Positions 21,643 through 32,876 are shown, counted from the first letter of the stretch. The stretch: 64,000 bases of DNA from an uncultured Actinomycetota bacterium (GCA_963769635.1 CAVYMN010000001.1:1676109-1740108), one strand, 5' to 3'. The notes: a model not told the origin generated them from the letters alone. Numbers and translations: made by a program.

Positions 21643-22671
21643 TCATGCCGGCAGCAGGCGGGCGCCGGCCAACGCCTCGCGCAAGGCGGTCATCGCGGGC
21701 TCGACCCCGTCCCGCGCAGTGAAACCGGCGGCGAAGACGTGCCCGCCGCCACCCAGCCGCCCGGCGACCCCGCCCACGTCGAGCCGCCCGCGGGAGCGCA
21801 GCGAGACCAGGTGGGCGCCGGTGGCGTCCTCGCGCAGGACGGCGGCGACCTCGGCCTCCTGCGCCTTCCGGACGACGTCGATGACCCCCTCCGACGCGTC
21901 CAGCGCGACGCCGTGCGCGCGGCGCGAAGCCGCCGGCACGACCGTCCAGACGAGGCCGAGCCCCGTCGCGGCGTCCCGTTCGAGCCGGACGCCGGCGAGC
22001 GCGTCCGCGAGGACGTGCAAGTACCCGACGGGGACGTTGTCCCACAGCCGGCTCGACACCTCGTCCTGCCGGACGCCCGCCTCGAGCAGGCGCGCGGCGA
22101 GGCGGTGGGTGTCGGGGGTCGTCCCGGCGTAGCGGAACGATCCGGTGTCCGAGGCGACGGCCGCGTACAGCGCGACGGCGATCTCGGGGGTGAGCTCGAC
22201 GCCCAGGCGGGAGATCAACTCCTCCACCAGGACGCCGGTCGCCGGGGCGGACGTGTCGACGACCAAGTGCGTACCCGGGTTGGTGCCCAGGCCCGCGCTG
22301 GTGGCGTGGTGGTCGACGACCAGGACGGCGGACGCGGTCGCGCACCGGTCCGCGACGCAGCCCAGCCGGTCTGCGCTGGCGGTGTCCAGGACGACGAGCA
22401 CGTCCGGGCGGGCCGGCACCCGCGCCGGCGGGACGAGCAGGTCGGCGCCGGGCAGGAAACGCAGCGAGTCCGGCACGCAGATCGCCCCGGGGTCGCTGCC
22501 GAAGGTCACCCGGACCGCCGTGCCGAGCGAGCGCAGCGCCAGCCCGAGGGCCAGCGCCGAGCCGAGGCTGTCGGCGTCGGGGTTCACGTGGGCGACCAGG
22601 TCGACCTCGTCGGCCCCGCGCAGGACGGCCAGCGCGGCCTCCCACGCCGCTTCCGCCACGCTCACGCCCAT
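21643..22671 (-). CDS. nrnA: DHH-family phosphoesterase (NrnA-like oligoribonuclease / pAp phosphatase)
   Basis: DHH motifs HVNPDADSLGS and VVDHHATS, plus the DHHA1 GGGGH motif near the C-terminus. It is in the conserved truB-rbfA neighbourhood. Confidence 0.8.
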   Translation of the reverse strand: MGVSVAEAAWEAALAVLRGADEVDLVAHVNPDADSLGSALALGLALRSLGTAVRVTFGSDPGAICVPDSLRFLPGADLLVPPARVPARPDVLVVLDTASADRLGCVADRCATASAVLVVDHHATSAGLGTNPGTHLVVDTSAPATGVLVEELISRLGVELTPEIAVALYAAVASDTGSFRYAGTTPDTHRLAARLLEAGVRQDEVSSRLWDNVPVGYLHVLADALAGVRLERDAATGLGLVWTVVPAASRRAHGVALDASEGVIDVVRKAQEAEVAAVLREDATGAHLVSLRSRGRLDVGGVAGRLGGGGHVFAAGFTARDGVEPAMTALREALAGARLLPA

Positions 22672-23153
22672 CCCCCCCCGCCGGCACCGGAGTCCTGGTC
22701 GGCGGAATCGTCCTCGTCATCGTCCGCGACCCGGTCGACCTTGTACGGGTCGGGATCGCCGGCGTACTGGGCGCCGGCCCGGCGGCGCTCGATTTCCGCG
22801 TCGGCGGCGGCGGCGACCGCCAGCAGGTCGGTGATGGCCTTCGCGGTCTCCGGGATAGCGTCCGCGAAGAACGTCAGCGACGGGGTGTGCCGCACGCCGG
22901 TCTGCTTGCCGACCTCCGAGCGCAGCACGCCTTTCGCACTCTCCAGCGCAGCGGCCGTCTCCGCCCGAGCCTCGTCGTCACCGAAGACCGTGTAGAAGAT
23001 CGAGGCGTCCCGCAGGTCGCCCGTGATCCGGACGTCGGTGATGGTGACGAAGCCGAGCCGCGGGTCCTTGACCCGGGTCTCGAGCGTCTCCGCGACGATC
23101 ACGCGGATCCGGTCCGCCAGCTTGCGGACCCTCGCTTGCGACGCCCCACCCAT
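22662..23153 (-). CDS. rbfA: Ribosome-binding factor A, with acidic C-terminal extension
   Basis: RVRKLADRIRVIVAETLETRVKDPRLGFVTITDVRITGDLRDASIFYTV. Confidence 0.92.
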   Translation of the reverse strand: MGGASQARVRKLADRIRVIVAETLETRVKDPRLGFVTITDVRITGDLRDASIFYTVFGDDEARAETAAALESAKGVLRSEVGKQTGVRHTPSLTFFADAIPETAKAITDLLAVAAAADAEIERRRAGAQYAGDPDPYKVDRVADDDEDDSADQDSGAGGGGWA

Positions 23154-23446
23154 CAGTCCTCCTCGGTGTGCAACTGCTGCCGTGCCGACAGCACCTCGAT
23201 TTCGGGACGCCCGGCGACGAGCCGCTCGCAGGCGTCCAGGACGTCCCGGCAGTGCGCGGCGTCCGCGGCCACGACCGCCACGCCGATCGTGGCCCGGCGG
23301 TGCAGGTCCTGGTGGCCCACCTCCGCGACGGACACGGCGAACTTGCGCGCGACCTCGGCCACGATCGGCCGCACGACCCCGCGCTTCTCTTTGAGAGAGT
23401 GAACGTCACCGAGCAGGATCTCGACGCTCAACGTGCCTACGAACAT
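23153..23446 (-). CDS. DUF503 (YlxP-like) protein
   Basis: 97-aa ORF, MFVGTLSVEILLGDVHSLKEKRGVVRPIVAEV, in the conserved slot between infB and rbfA. Confidence 0.8.
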   Translation of the reverse strand: MFVGTLSVEILLGDVHSLKEKRGVVRPIVAEVARKFAVSVAEVGHQDLHRRATIGVAVVAADAAHCRDVLDACERLVAGRPEIEVLSARQQLHTEED

Positions 23447-23519
23447 GAGCTGGACGCCGCGGCTGACGGCGCGGCCGGCGGGCCCGGGAGTCGCACCCGG
23501 GGCCCGCCGCCCGCGGGCG

Positions 23520-26500
23520 TCAGGTGCGCGGCTTCTCCCGCATCTCGAAGGTCTCGATCACGTCGTCGACCTTGATGTCGTTGAACGACCCCAGGCCGAT
23601 ACCGCACTCGTACCCGTCCCGGACCTCGGTCGCGTCCTCCTTGAATCGCTTGAGCGACTCGATGGACAGGTTCGGCGCGACGACGGCGCTGTCGCGCAAG
23701 AGCCGGGCCTTCGCGCCGCGCCGGATCTCGCCGGAGCGGACGAGGCAACCCGCGATGTTGCCGAACTTGGAGGACCGGAACACCTCGCGCACCTCGGCGG
23801 TGCCGAGCTGGACCTCTTCGTACTCCGGCTTCAGCAGGCCCTTGAGCGCTGCCTCGACCTCCTCGATCGCGTTGTAGATGACCGAGTAGAAGCGCACGTC
23901 GACGCCCTCGCGCTCCGCCAGCTCCCGCGAGCGACCCTCGGGCCGGACGTTGAAGCCGATGATGACCGCGTCGGAGGCGGACGCCAGCGTGACGTCCGTT
24001 TCCGTGATCGCACCGACGCCCCGGTGGATGACCCGAATGCTGGCCTCCTCGCCGACGTCGATCTTGAGCAGCGCGTCTTCCAGCGCCTCGACCGAGCCGG
24101 ACCCGTCGCCCTTGAGGATGAGCTTGAGCTCTTCCCGCAGGCTCTGGGTGAGCGCGTCCTGGAATCCTTCGAGGGTGACGCGCGGACGCGCCTTGGCGAG
24201 CATCGCGTTGCGCTGGCTCGCCTCGCGCCGCTCCGCGATCTGGCGGGCCACGCGGTCCTCGGAGACGACGAGGAAGTTGTCACCGGCGCCGGGGACCGAG
24301 GTCAGGCCGACGACCAGGACCGGACGGGCCGGGCCCGCCTCGGCGATCGACTTGCCGTTCTCGTCGAGCATCGCCCGGACGCGGCCGAAGGCCTCGCCAC
24401 AGACGATCGAGTCGCCCTGGCGCAGAGTGCCGCGCTGGACGAGGACGGTCGCGACGGGGCCGCGGCCGCGGTCGAGGTGGGCCTCGATCGCGACGCCCTG
24501 GGCGTCCATGGTCGGGTTGGCCCGCAGGTCCAGAGCCGCGTCGGCGGTCAGGATGATCGCCTCGAGCAGCTCGTCGATGCCGATGCCCTGCTTGGCGGAG
24601 ATGTCGACGAACATCGTGTCGCCGCCGTACTCCTCGGCCACCAGCCCGTACTCGGTGAGCTGGCCGCGCACCTTCGTCGGGTCCGCGCCTTCCTTGTCGA
24701 TCTTGTTCACGGCCACGACGATCGGGACACCAGCCGCCTGCGCGTGGTTGAGCGCCTCGATGGTCTGCGGCTTCACGCCGTCGTCCGCCGCAACCACCAG
24801 CACCGAGATGTCGGTGACTTGGGCACCACGGGCACGCATGGCGGTGAACGCCTCGTGGCCCGGCGTGTCGATGAAGGTGATCGCGCGCTCGCGGTCCTCG
24901 CCCGGGTGGGCGATGACCTGGTAGGCGCCGATGTGCTGGGTGATGCCGCCCGCCTCGCCGCCCATCACGTTCGTGTTCCGGATGGCGTCGAGCAGCTTCG
25001 TCTTGCCGTGGTCGACGTGACCCATGACGGTGACGACCGGCGGCCGGATGACCAGGTCTTCCTCGCCGCCCTCGTTGTCGCCGAAGGTCAGGTCGAAGGT
25101 CTCGAGCAGCTCGCGGTCCTCGTCCTCGGGGCTGACGACGTCGACGACGACGTTCAGCTCCTGGGCGAGCAGGTGCAGCGTGTCGTCGGAGACCGACTGC
25201 GTCGCCGTCACCATCTCGCCGAGGTGCAGCATCACCTGGACGAGCGAGGCCGGGTTCGCGCCGATCTTCTCGGCGAAGTCGGACAGGGACGCCCCGCGGG
25301 GCAGCCGCACCGTCTGGCCGTTGCCGCGCGGGAGCTGCACGCCGCCGATCGACGGCGCCTGCATGTTGTCGAACTCCTGGCGGCGCTGCTTCTTCGACTT
25401 GCGGCCCTTCGCGGGCCGACCGCCGGGACGCCCGAAGGCACCCGCCGTGCCGCCGCGACCGCGACCACCGGGACCGGGACGGCCACCGCCGCCACCGCCG
25501 CCACCGGGGGGACCACCGGGACCGCCACCGGGACGACCGGCGAAGCCGCCGCCACCACCGCCGGGGCCGGCGGGACGACCGGCGAAGCCGCCGCCACCGC
25601 CACCGGGACCGCCGGGACGACCGGCGAAACCGCCGCCACCGCCACCGGGACCACCGGGACGGGCACCGAAGCCACCGCCACCGGGACCGCCGGGACGACC
25701 GCCGGGGCCACCGGGACCACCGGCGCGCGCGCCGGGACCCCCGGGACCGGCGGGACGACCGCCGGGGCCACCAGGACCGCCGGGGCCACCGGGACCACCG
25801 CGACCGGCCGGGGCCGGGCGCTGCGGCATCATGCCGGGATTCGGGCGGGGACCGCCGGGAGCGGGCCGAGGCCCACCCGGGCGGGGACCGCCGACGGGAC
25901 CGGCGCCGGGACCGGGACGCATGCCGGGCGCACCCGCCGGGCCGGGCCGACTGGCCGGGGCCCCGGGGGCACCGGGAGCCGCCGGCGCGCCGGGGGCACC
26001 GGGACGCTGGTTACGCGCCGGCGGGCGAGCCATGCCCGTAGCCGCCGCCGAGGTGAAGGGATTGTTGCCGGGACGCGGGCCGGGCGCGCGGTTGGGACCG
26101 GGCCTCGACGCCGGCGGCCGGCCGTCGTCCGAACTCGGGGCGGCCGGGGGCGCCGCGAGGGGTGCGGCGGGCGGCGCCGCGACAGGTGCCGCCGGGGGTG
26201 CGGCGGCCGCCGCGGGAGCAACGGGTTCGGGCGCGCGGGGCGCGCTCGGCCGGGGGCCGGGGCCGGGCGGGGCCGGTCGCGAAGGCGCCGCCACCGGAGG
26301 CGCGTACGTGGGGGAGGCAGGGGCGGTGGGCGAACTCACGGCCGCGGGCACCGAGGGCGCCGCGACGGGCGCGGGAGCGCTGGGGGGCTCGGGCCGGCGA
26401 GGCGCCGGCCGGGGCGGCGGACCGCCCGCGCCGGGGAACGCCTCCTGGAGTTTGCGCACGACAGGCGCCTCGATGGTGGAGGACGCCGAACGGACGAACT

Positions 26501-26585
26501 CCCCCAGTTCCTGAAGCTTGGCCATGACGACCTTGCTCTCGACACCGAACTCTTTGGCGAGTTCGTAGACCCGGACCTTGGCCAC
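23520..26585 (-). CDS. infB: Translation initiation factor IF-2
   Basis: 1021-aa ORF with a GTG start after GAAGGAGAAAA. N-terminus is [18 protein letters not shown], followed by a long Gly/Pro/Ala-rich linker. G-domain motifs are [16 protein letters not shown] and NKIDK. Confidence 0.96.
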   Translation of the reverse strand: MAKVRVYELAKEFGVESKVVMAKLQELGEFVRSASSTIEAPVVRKLQEAFPGAGGPPPRPAPRRPEPPSAPAPVAAPSVPAAVSSPTAPASPTYAPPVAAPSRPAPPGPGPRPSAPRAPEPVAPAAAAAPPAAPVAAPPAAPLAAPPAAPSSDDGRPPASRPGPNRAPGPRPGNNPFTSAAATGMARPPARNQRPGAPGAPAAPGAPGAPASRPGPAGAPGMRPGPGAGPVGGPRPGGPRPAPGGPRPNPGMMPQRPAPAGRGGPGGPGGPGGPGGRPAGPGGPGARAGGPGGPGGRPGGPGGGGFGARPGGPGGGGGGFAGRPGGPGGGGGGFAGRPAGPGGGGGGFAGRPGGGPGGPPGGGGGGGGRPGPGGRGRGGTAGAFGRPGGRPAKGRKSKKQRRQEFDNMQAPSIGGVQLPRGNGQTVRLPRGASLSDFAEKIGANPASLVQVMLHLGEMVTATQSVSDDTLHLLAQELNVVVDVVSPEDEDRELLETFDLTFGDNEGGEEDLVIRPPVVTVMGHVDHGKTKLLDAIRNTNVMGGEAGGITQHIGAYQVIAHPGEDRERAITFIDTPGHEAFTAMRARGAQVTDISVLVVAADDGVKPQTIEALNHAQAAGVPIVVAVNKIDKEGADPTKVRGQLTEYGLVAEEYGGDTMFVDISAKQGIGIDELLEAIILTADAALDLRANPTMDAQGVAIEAHLDRGRGPVATVLVQRGTLRQGDSIVCGEAFGRVRAMLDENGKSIAEAGPARPVLVVGLTSVPGAGDNFLVVSEDRVARQIAERREASQRNAMLAKARPRVTLEGFQDALTQSLREELKLILKGDGSGSVEALEDALLKIDVGEEASIRVIHRGVGAITETDVTLASASDAVIIGFNVRPEGRSRELAEREGVDVRFYSVIYNAIEEVEAALKGLLKPEYEEVQLGTAEVREVFRSSKFGNIAGCLVRSGEIRRGAKARLLRDSAVVAPNLSIESLKRFKEDATEVRDGYECGIGLGSFNDIKVDDVIETFEMREKPRT
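25530..25655. repeat. 42-bp tandem repeat x3 (plus a degenerate fourth copy) inside the infB linker
   Basis: Units start at 25530, 25572 and 25614 (gggacgaccggcgaagccgccgccacc...). They encode a repeated 14-aa Gly-rich unit containing FAGRP on the minus strand. Confidence 0.85.
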
Positions 26586-26733
26586 TTTTCTCCTTCTGGT
26601 CCGAACCCCGCGAGGGCGCAGACCGCTAACTCGTGCTGGTACTCATCGCTGCGTGCTCATTGAGCGCTCATCGCATTCGACCCGCTTCCGACAAGGGCTG
26701 ACACTTGGAACTGCTCGGCATTGCGTGTTCTCG

Positions 26734-27042
26734 CTACTGCAGGTGCTCTAGATACGCCTCGACGGCTGCAATGTCCAGCGGACCCGGGATCCTGAAGGCC
26801 CGTGGGAACGCCCGGCGGCGCAAGGCGAGGGTCAGACAGTCGGGCGTGGGGTGCAACGAGGCTCCCCGACCCGGCAACCGGCCGCGAAGATCAGGGACGC
26901 AAACGCCCTCGACCAGCACGACCCGCAGTAGATCCGGCTTGGGCGCACGTTCCCGGCAACCGACGCAGGTACGCCAGGGGCGTGGCCCGATCAGGGGCGA
27001 ACCGAGGTCCGTACAACCGACCGTTCCAGAGTCTAGCCCCAC
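26734..27042 (-). CDS. ylxR: YlxR/DUF448 family RNA-binding protein
   Basis: The RTCVGCRERAPKPDLLRVV motif is typical of YlxR, and it lies between nusA and infB. Start is uncertain: GTG 27042 chosen, 3 nt after the nusA stop, versus track start 27102, which overlaps nusA. Confidence 0.75.
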   Translation of the reverse strand: MGLDSGTVGCTDLGSPLIGPRPWRTCVGCRERAPKPDLLRVVLVEGVCVPDLRGRLPGRGASLHPTPDCLTLALRRRAFPRAFRIPGPLDIAAVEAYLEHLQ

Positions 27043-27044
27043 GA

Positions 27045-28034
27045 TCAGCTCGGGGATTCCCGCGCCGCGACCTCGACGTCGGGCCGGATGTCGATCCGCC
27101 ACCCCGTCAGGCGGGCGGCGAGGCGCGCGTTCTGGCCCTCCTTGCCGATCGCCAGGGACAGCTGGTAGTCCGGCACGATCACCCGCGCCGCGCGCGCCGC
27201 GAGGTCGACGATCTCGACGTGGTGGACGCGGGCGGGCGACAGCGCGTGGGCCACCAGCTCGGCGGGGTCCTCGGACCAGTCGACAATGTCGATCTTCTCA
27301 CCGTGCAGCTCGCTCATGACGTTGCGGACGCGGGCGCCCATCGGCCCGATACACGCCCCCTTGGCGTTCACCCCGGGTTTCGTCGAGCGCACCGCGATCT
27401 TCGTCCGATGGCCGGCCTCACGCGCGATCCCGGCGATTTCGACGGTGCCGTCGGCGATCTCCGGGACCTCCAGCGCGAAGAGCCGGCGGACGAGGTTCGG
27501 ATGCGTCCGCGACAGCGTCACCGACGGCCCGCGCATGCCCTTGCGGACCTGCACGACATAGCACTTGATGCGCGCGCCGTGGATGTACTGCTCGCCCGGC
27601 ACCTGCTCCTGGGGCGGCAGGATCGCCTCGATCCGGCCGAGGTCGACCAGCACCGCCCGCGGGTCCTTCCCCTGCTGGATCACGCCCGAGACGATGTCGC
27701 CCTCGCGCCCCAGGTACTCCCCGTAGGTCACCTCGTCCTCGGCGTCGCGCAACCGCTGGAGGATGACCTGCTTGGCCGTCGTCGCCGCGATCCGTCCGAA
27801 CCCGCTCGGCGTGTCGTCGTACTCGCGCAGCACATTGCCCTCGGCACCGAGTTCCTGCGCGAGGACGACCACGTGGCCGTTCTTGCGGTCCAGGGTGACC
27901 CGGGCCTGCGGCTGGGAACCCTCGGTGCGGAGGTAGGCGATGAGCAAGGCCGACTCGATCGCTCCGACCAACAGGTCGAAGGAGATCTCCTTCTCCCGCT
28001 CCAGACCTCGCAACGCATTCATGTCGATGTCCAT
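27045..28034 (-). CDS. nusA: Transcription termination/antitermination factor NusA
   Basis: 329-aa ORF with N-terminal domain, S1 domain and two KH domains ([23 protein letters not shown]). Confidence 0.95.
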   Translation of the reverse strand: MDIDMNALRGLEREKEISFDLLVGAIESALLIAYLRTEGSQPQARVTLDRKNGHVVVLAQELGAEGNVLREYDDTPSGFGRIAATTAKQVILQRLRDAEDEVTYGEYLGREGDIVSGVIQQGKDPRAVLVDLGRIEAILPPQEQVPGEQYIHGARIKCYVVQVRKGMRGPSVTLSRTHPNLVRRLFALEVPEIADGTVEIAGIAREAGHRTKIAVRSTKPGVNAKGACIGPMGARVRNVMSELHGEKIDIVDWSEDPAELVAHALSPARVHHVEIVDLAARAARVIVPDYQLSLAIGKEGQNARLAARLTGWRIDIRPDVEVAARESPS

Positions 28035-28625
28035 CTAGCCACCCTCCTCACCCTTGTGTTCGTGTGCGACCTCGTCGCTGTCTTCGTCTTCGTCGTCGCT
28101 GTCAATCTCGTCGCCTTCGTCGATCTCGCCCTCGTCCAGCGGGTCTGCGACTCCGGGCCGGGAGAACTCGATCTGGACCCGCGCCCCGGTGACCCCGGCG
28201 AAGGCGACCCGGCGCGGGGAGCCGGAAACCTCCAGGACCGCGCCCTCGTCGTCCGTCTCGACCACCCGGCCGGTGACCACCTCGCCCCCCGCCAGCTCGG
28301 CCCGGACGAGCCGGTCCGTCGCCCGCCGCCAGTGCCGCGGGGCCGTCAGCGGCCGGTCCACACCGGGACTCGTCACCTCGAGCACGTACGGTGTCGAACC
28401 CATCACGTCGCTGGAGTCCAGCGCCGCCGAGATGGCGTGGCTTGCGGCCGTCACCTCGTCGAGCCCGATGCCGCCGTCACAGTCGACGATCACGCGCAGC
28501 ACCCGCCTGCGGCCGGCGGGAGTGACCTCGACCTTCTCCAAGTCGAGGTCGACAGCCGAGACCACCGGCGAGAGCAACGCCTCCAAGTGCTCCGGAAGGC
28601 GCTCACGACTGGCACCCGAACCCAT
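28035..28625 (-). CDS. rimP: Ribosome maturation factor RimP, with acidic C-terminal tail
   Basis: Last 196 aa of chimeric track ORF 28035..29252, starting at ATG 28625 (MGSGASRERLPEHLEALLSPVV...YVLEVTSPGVDRPL). It abuts the nusA start. Confidence 0.88.
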   Translation of the reverse strand: MGSGASRERLPEHLEALLSPVVSAVDLDLEKVEVTPAGRRRVLRVIVDCDGGIGLDEVTAASHAISAALDSSDVMGSTPYVLEVTSPGVDRPLTAPRHWRRATDRLVRAELAGGEVVTGRVVETDDEGAVLEVSGSPRRVAFAGVTGARVQIEFSRPGVADPLDEGEIDEGDEIDSDDEDEDSDEVAHEHKGEEGG

Positions 28626-28766
28626 CGGGGACCTCCAAGATCTGTGGCGATCCGTCGGAGTCGCGTCGGGGCCACACACTAACGGTGAGATAGCGTCCCC
28701 CGGGTGCGGCGGGGAGATCGGTCGGTGCCAGGGCGACCGCAAAGCGCGCCCGCGGGGCGGGTGCGA

Positions 28767-29390
28767 GTGACCCGCAGGGCGGTCTTGGGGGGCCTGTCTG
28801 TCACCGGTCTCGGCGCCGTAGCCGGCTGCGGCAAGGACGACGAGGGCGCGAGACCCGGCAGGCCGTCGCCCTCCACTGCGCCCGACCCCGACACCGTCCT
28901 GGTCGCGGCCGTGGTCGCCGACAAGCGCGCGCTGCTGGCGCGCTACCGCGTCACCGTCCAACGCCACCCCGGGCTGGCGGGCCCGCTCGCGCCGCTGCGC
29001 GCCGACCACCTCGCCCATCTCGACGCCCTCGACGCCCCGCCGGAGCCCACCCCCGCACCGACGCCGACCGGCACGCCGGCCGCCACCGCGAGCCCGCCGC
29101 CGGCCGCGCCCGCCGGGAGCAGGGCCGCGGTCGCCGCGCTCGCCGCGGCCGAGCAGGCCGCGGCCGACCGCCGGGTGGAGCACTGCGTGCGCGCGCGGGA
29201 CCGGGACCTCGCCCGCCTGCTCGCGGCCGTCGGCGGCTGCGAGGCCGCGCACGGGTTCGTCCTGACGGAGCTCGCGGCGACGCTGCCGGCCCCGGAGAAG
29301 ACACCGGAGAAAACACCGGAGAAGACACCGGAGCGGGCCGCCGACAAGCCCGCCCCGAGGAAGACCACGCCCCCGGCGGGCGCTCGATGA
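28767..29390 (+). CDS. Tat-signal lipoprotein of unknown function (Pro/Ala-rich, PEKT repeats)
   Basis: VTRRAVLGGLSVTGLGAVAGC gives a twin-arginine motif plus a lipobox Cys. The start codon is uncertain: GTG at 28761 or 28767, or the track start at 28704. ATGA overlap with the next gene. Confidence 0.65.
   Translation: MTRRAVLGGLSVTGLGAVAGCGKDDEGARPGRPSPSTAPDPDTVLVAAVVADKRALLARYRVTVQRHPGLAGPLAPLRADHLAHLDALDAPPEPTPAPTPTGTPAATASPPPAAPAGSRAAVAALAAAEQAAADRRVEHCVRARDRDLARLLAAVGGCEAAHGFVLTELAATLPAPEKTPEKTPEKTPERAADKPAPRKTTPPAGAR
29292..29333. repeat. 12-bp tandem repeat x3.5 (ccggagaagaca) encoding PEKT-PEKT-PEKT-PE
   Basis: Direct reading: ccggagaagaca ccggagaaaaca ccggagaagaca ccggag. Confidence 0.9.
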
Positions 29391-29857
29391 GCGCGACGAT
29401 CGCGGTGCTGCAGGAGGTCCTGGCCGCGGAGCACGCGGCCGTCTACGGCTACGGCGCGCTGGGCTCCCGGCTCGGTGGCGACCGGCGCCGCGACGCGCTC
29501 GCGGCGTTCGACCACCACCGGGCCCGGCGCGACCGGCTGCGGGCGATGATCGTCGACCTCGGCCAGCGCCCGGTGGAGTCCTCGGCGTCCTACGTGCTGC
29601 CGGTGCCCCTCGGCGGCGCCGCCTCGGCCGTGCGCCTCGCGGCCTGGATCGAGGAGCGCGTCGCGATCGCGTTCGGCATCCTCGTGGCGTCCTCGACCGA
29701 CGGCGAGCGCACCTTCGCCGCCAGGGCCCTGCAGGACGCGTCGGTGCGGGGCGCCCGGTGGGCCGGCGCCGCCGCCCGCTTCCCCGGGATCCCGGCGGAG
29801 CCGGAGGTCCCGGCCGCGACCGCGACGCCTACTTCCGCGACGGCACCGACTACCTGA
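29387..29857 (+). CDS. Ferritin-like DUF4439 family protein
   Basis: 156-aa ORF beginning MSATIAVLQEVLAAEHAAVYGYGALGSRL, which I recognise as the DUF4439 opening. Translationally coupled to the preceding lipoprotein. Confidence 0.65.
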   Translation: MSATIAVLQEVLAAEHAAVYGYGALGSRLGGDRRRDALAAFDHHRARRDRLRAMIVDLGQRPVESSASYVLPVPLGGAASAVRLAAWIEERVAIAFGILVASSTDGERTFAARALQDASVRGARWAGAAARFPGIPAEPEVPAATATPTSATAPTT

Positions 29858-29864
29858 CGGGTCG

Positions 29865-30614
29865 TCAGCGTGCTGGCGTGCCCCAGGCGTCGACCAGCGG
29901 CAGCAGGTCGAGCAGGCGGCCCAGGACGGCGTCGGCCTCGGCCCCGGCCGGCGCGTCGGGCGCGATCACGGTGTAGGGCACGAGGACGGCGCGCATGCCG
30001 GCCCGCTTGGCCCCGTGGATGTCCTCGAACGGACGGTCGCCGACGAAGACGCACCTGGCGGGGTCGGACACCCCGACCGCCTCCATCGCCGCCCGGAAGG
30101 CCTCGGGGTGGGGCTTGGTCCAGGCGATCTCGCTCGAGTACACCGCCCCGTCGAAGTAGTGCTCGACGCCGTCCCGGGCGAACCACGCCTCGTGCTGGGC
30201 CCGCGGCCAGATGGTGTTCGACAGCAGCCCGACCTTCACTCCGCGCTCGCGCAGGCCGGCGAGCAGCGGAGCCGCGTCCGGGTCCAGGGCGGTGATCGGC
30301 TCCCAGTACTCGACGTGGGCGGCGAGCAGCTCCGCCGTCGCCACCAGCTCGCAGGCCTCGACGATGTCGGCGAATCGCGAGCTCTCGCAGCCGGCCCGGT
30401 TGCGCGCCCACATCTGCTCGTCCACCTCGGTGAGCCGGGCGGCCAGTGCGGTCACCAGGCCGGGGACGGCGTCGGCGTCCGGGTGCGCCGTGTGGGCCGC
30501 GCGGGCGACCGCGTGCCACGAGGCGGCGATGTCGATCGGCCGCCAGGTCGTCAGCGTCCCGCCCCAGTCGAAGACGACGGCCTCGACGGTCACGGCGTCC
30601 ACCGGTTCGCTCAC
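29865..30614 (-). CDS. HAD-superfamily hydrolase
   Basis: C-terminal 249 aa of chimeric track ORF 29865..32234, with GTG start 30614 in a GTGA overlap with the proS stop. Motif I is [10 protein letters not shown], motif II is GLLSNT, motifs III/IV are [18 protein letters not shown]. Confidence 0.8.
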   Translation of the reverse strand: MSEPVDAVTVEAVVFDWGGTLTTWRPIDIAASWHAVARAAHTAHPDADAVPGLVTALAARLTEVDEQMWARNRAGCESSRFADIVEACELVATAELLAAHVEYWEPITALDPDAAPLLAGLRERGVKVGLLSNTIWPRAQHEAWFARDGVEHYFDGAVYSSEIAWTKPHPEAFRAAMEAVGVSDPARCVFVGDRPFEDIHGAKRAGMRAVLVPYTVIAPDAPAGAEADAVLGRLLDLLPLVDAWGTPAR

Positions 30615-32362
30615 GGGGACACCGCCGACAACCTGCGCTCCCCGCCCAGCGCGACGATCGCCTCGACGGCGGCGGCGGGCGCGACCGTGCGGCGCTCGCC
30701 GCTGCGCCGGTCCCGGACCTCGATCGTGCCGTCGGCGAGCCCGCGACCCACCACGACGATCGTGGGCACCCCGATCAGCTCCGCGTCGGCGAACTTCACG
30801 CCGGCGGAGGTGGCCCGGCGGTCGTCGAAGAGCACCTGCAGCCCGGCGGCAGCGGCCTCGGCGGCGATGGCCTCCGCGGCGGCGAACACCGCGTCGTCCC
30901 GGCCCGTCGCCACGAGGTGCACGTCGGCGGGCGCCACTTCGGACGGCCAGCAGAGCCCGGAGCCGTCGTGGTGCTGCTCCGCGATGGCCGCCACGACCCG
31001 GGAGACGCCGATGCCGTACGAGCCCATCGTGACGCGCACCGGCCGGCCGTCCCGGCCGAGGACGTCGAGGGAGAACGCGTCGGCGTACCGGCGGCCGAGC
31101 TGGAAGATGTGACCGATCTCGATGCCACGGTCCAGGCGCAGGCCGCCGCCGCAGGCCGGACACGGGTCGCCGTCCTCCACGACCACGACGTCGACGTAGC
31201 GCTCGACGGCGAAGTCCCGGCCCACCACGACGTGCCGGGCGTGCCTGCCCTCGGCGTTGGCGCCGGTGACCCACGACGTCCCCGGCGCGACCCGCGGGTC
31301 GGCGAGGTAGCGGAACGCCACGCCGGCGAGGCCCTGCGGGCCCACGTAACCCTTGACCAGGTCGGGACGCGCGGCGAAGTCCGCCTCGGTGAGCAGCTCG
31401 CACCGCGCCGGGGCGAGCGCCGCCTCGAGCCGGCGCAGGTCCACCTCGCGGTGGCCGGGAACGCCGACGGCCACGACCTCCGGCTCGCCGCCGGGCGGGG
31501 TGAGGAGCACGAGCACGTTCTTCAGCGTGGCCGAGGCCGCGACCCCCAGGTAGGCGGCGAGGGCCGCGATCGTCGGGGTGCCCGGGGTGTCGACGACCTC
31601 GAGCGCGGGGCGCAGCGCCGCGGGGTTGGACGGCACGACAGAGCACCGGACGGCCTCGGAGTTCGCGGCGAAGTCGCACGTCGAGCAGGTGACGAACGCG
31701 TCCTCCCCGACCGGGGCGGGAGCGAGGAACTCCTCGGAGTGCGAACCGCCCATCGCCCCGGCGACGGCGGAGACGATCCGGTACGAGAGCCCGAGCCGGT
31801 CGAAGATGCGCATGTACGCGGCGCGGTGCCGGTTGTAGGCGCCCTGCAGCCCGTCCTCGTCGAGGTCGAAGGAGTACGAGTCCTTCATCAGGAACTCGCG
31901 ACCGCGCAGCAGCCCGGCGCGGGGACGCGCCTCGTCCCGGTACTTGGTCTGGATCTGGAACAGCGTCAGCGGCAGGTCGCGGTAGGACGAGACCTCGGCC
32001 TTCACCATCGAGGTGAACAGCTCCTCGTGGGTGGGGCCGAGGGCGAACTCGGCGCCGCGGCGGTCCTGCAGGCGGAACATCAGGTCGCCGTAGTCCTCGG
32101 CCCGCCCCGTCGCTTCGTAGTACTCGAGCGGCAGGAGCGCCGGCAGCAGGACCTCCTGGCCGCCGATAGCCGTCATCTCCTCCCGTACGACGCGGGTGAC
32201 GGCCTCGAGGACCAGCTTGCCGAGCGGGAGCCACGAGTAGATGCCGGGCGCGATCCGGCGCACGTAGCCGGCCCGCACGAGCAGGCGGTGGCTGGGCACT
32301 TCCGCGTCCGCCGGGTCCTCCCGGAGCGTCCGGAGGAAGAGTGCGGACAGCCGCAGGATCAC
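30611..32362 (-). CDS. proS: Proline--tRNA ligase (bacterial type, with editing domain)
   Basis: Start placed at GTG 32362 ([33 protein letters not shown]). Class II motifs are [19 protein letters not shown] and [11 protein letters not shown]. Length of 583 aa is as expected; the upstream part of the track ORF is Arg-rich shadow. Confidence 0.93.
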   Translation of the reverse strand: MILRLSALFLRTLREDPADAEVPSHRLLVRAGYVRRIAPGIYSWLPLGKLVLEAVTRVVREEMTAIGGQEVLLPALLPLEYYEATGRAEDYGDLMFRLQDRRGAEFALGPTHEELFTSMVKAEVSSYRDLPLTLFQIQTKYRDEARPRAGLLRGREFLMKDSYSFDLDEDGLQGAYNRHRAAYMRIFDRLGLSYRIVSAVAGAMGGSHSEEFLAPAPVGEDAFVTCSTCDFAANSEAVRCSVVPSNPAALRPALEVVDTPGTPTIAALAAYLGVAASATLKNVLVLLTPPGGEPEVVAVGVPGHREVDLRRLEAALAPARCELLTEADFAARPDLVKGYVGPQGLAGVAFRYLADPRVAPGTSWVTGANAEGRHARHVVVGRDFAVERYVDVVVVEDGDPCPACGGGLRLDRGIEIGHIFQLGRRYADAFSLDVLGRDGRPVRVTMGSYGIGVSRVVAAIAEQHHDGSGLCWPSEVAPADVHLVATGRDDAVFAAAEAIAAEAAAAGLQVLFDDRRATSAGVKFADAELIGVPTIVVVGRGLADGTIEVRDRRSGERRTVAPAAAVEAIVALGGERRLSAVSP

Positions 32363-32871
32363 CGGCGGAACCGGGAGGCGGGCCGGTCGGGCAGGGGCGC
32401 CGCCGGCTCGTAGGTCTCGTCGCCGCGGCGGCGGGCGGCGGCCCACCTGCCGGGCACCGGTGAGGGCAGCCCGTCGACGACCGCGGCGGGCACTGCGGAC
32501 GCTCCCCCGCCGGCGCGGGCAGCGGCCACGGCAGCCGCGGAATCGGCCCCGTACCGTTCCGACCACCACGTCGCGAGCCAGTCGCCGCCGTAGAGGCCGA
32601 CCAGCGTGTAGCCCAGGAGGAGCACGGACTGCCAGCCCGCGTCCTGGCCGAGCCGGACGACCACGGTGGGCCAGGCGATCGCGACCGCCCACAGGGCGGG
32701 CACCGACGGGCGCAGCAGGCCGTAGGGCAGCGACGCGGCCAGGAGCAGCGCCGCCATCAGGCGCGCCGCCGGGTCGCCGTCGAGGATCGGAACCAGCGCG
32801 ACGAGCAGACCCGTCGCCGCGGCCGCGATCCACAGGACCGCCAGTGTGAGCTTCGCGTCCCGAGCCTTCAT
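32359..32871 (-). CDS. Small integral membrane protein (about four predicted helices), unknown function
   Basis: C-terminal 170 aa of track ORF 32359..33243, from ATG 32871 ([30 protein letters not shown]...). The stop overlaps the proS start. Confidence 0.6.
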   Translation of the reverse strand: MKARDAKLTLAVLWIAAAATGLLVALVPILDGDPAARLMAALLLAASLPYGLLRPSVPALWAVAIAWPTVVVRLGQDAGWQSVLLLGYTLVGLYGGDWLATWWSERYGADSAAAVAAARAGGGASAVPAAVVDGLPSPVPGRWAAARRRGDETYEPAAPLPDRPASRFRR

Positions 32872-32876
32872 CGCGC

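Noticed and set aside
25440-25800. Possible CRISPR-like or non-coding repeat array
   Set aside because: The repeats are contiguous with no spacers. They are in frame and encode the Gly/Pro-rich IF-2 linker. No cas genes are in the window.
26661-26670. 10-bp perfect palindrome TGAGCGCTCA and three ATGAG(C/T) repeats in the ylxR-infB spacer
   Set aside because: Dozens of 10-bp palindromes are expected by chance in a window of this size, and there is no supporting conservation evidence.
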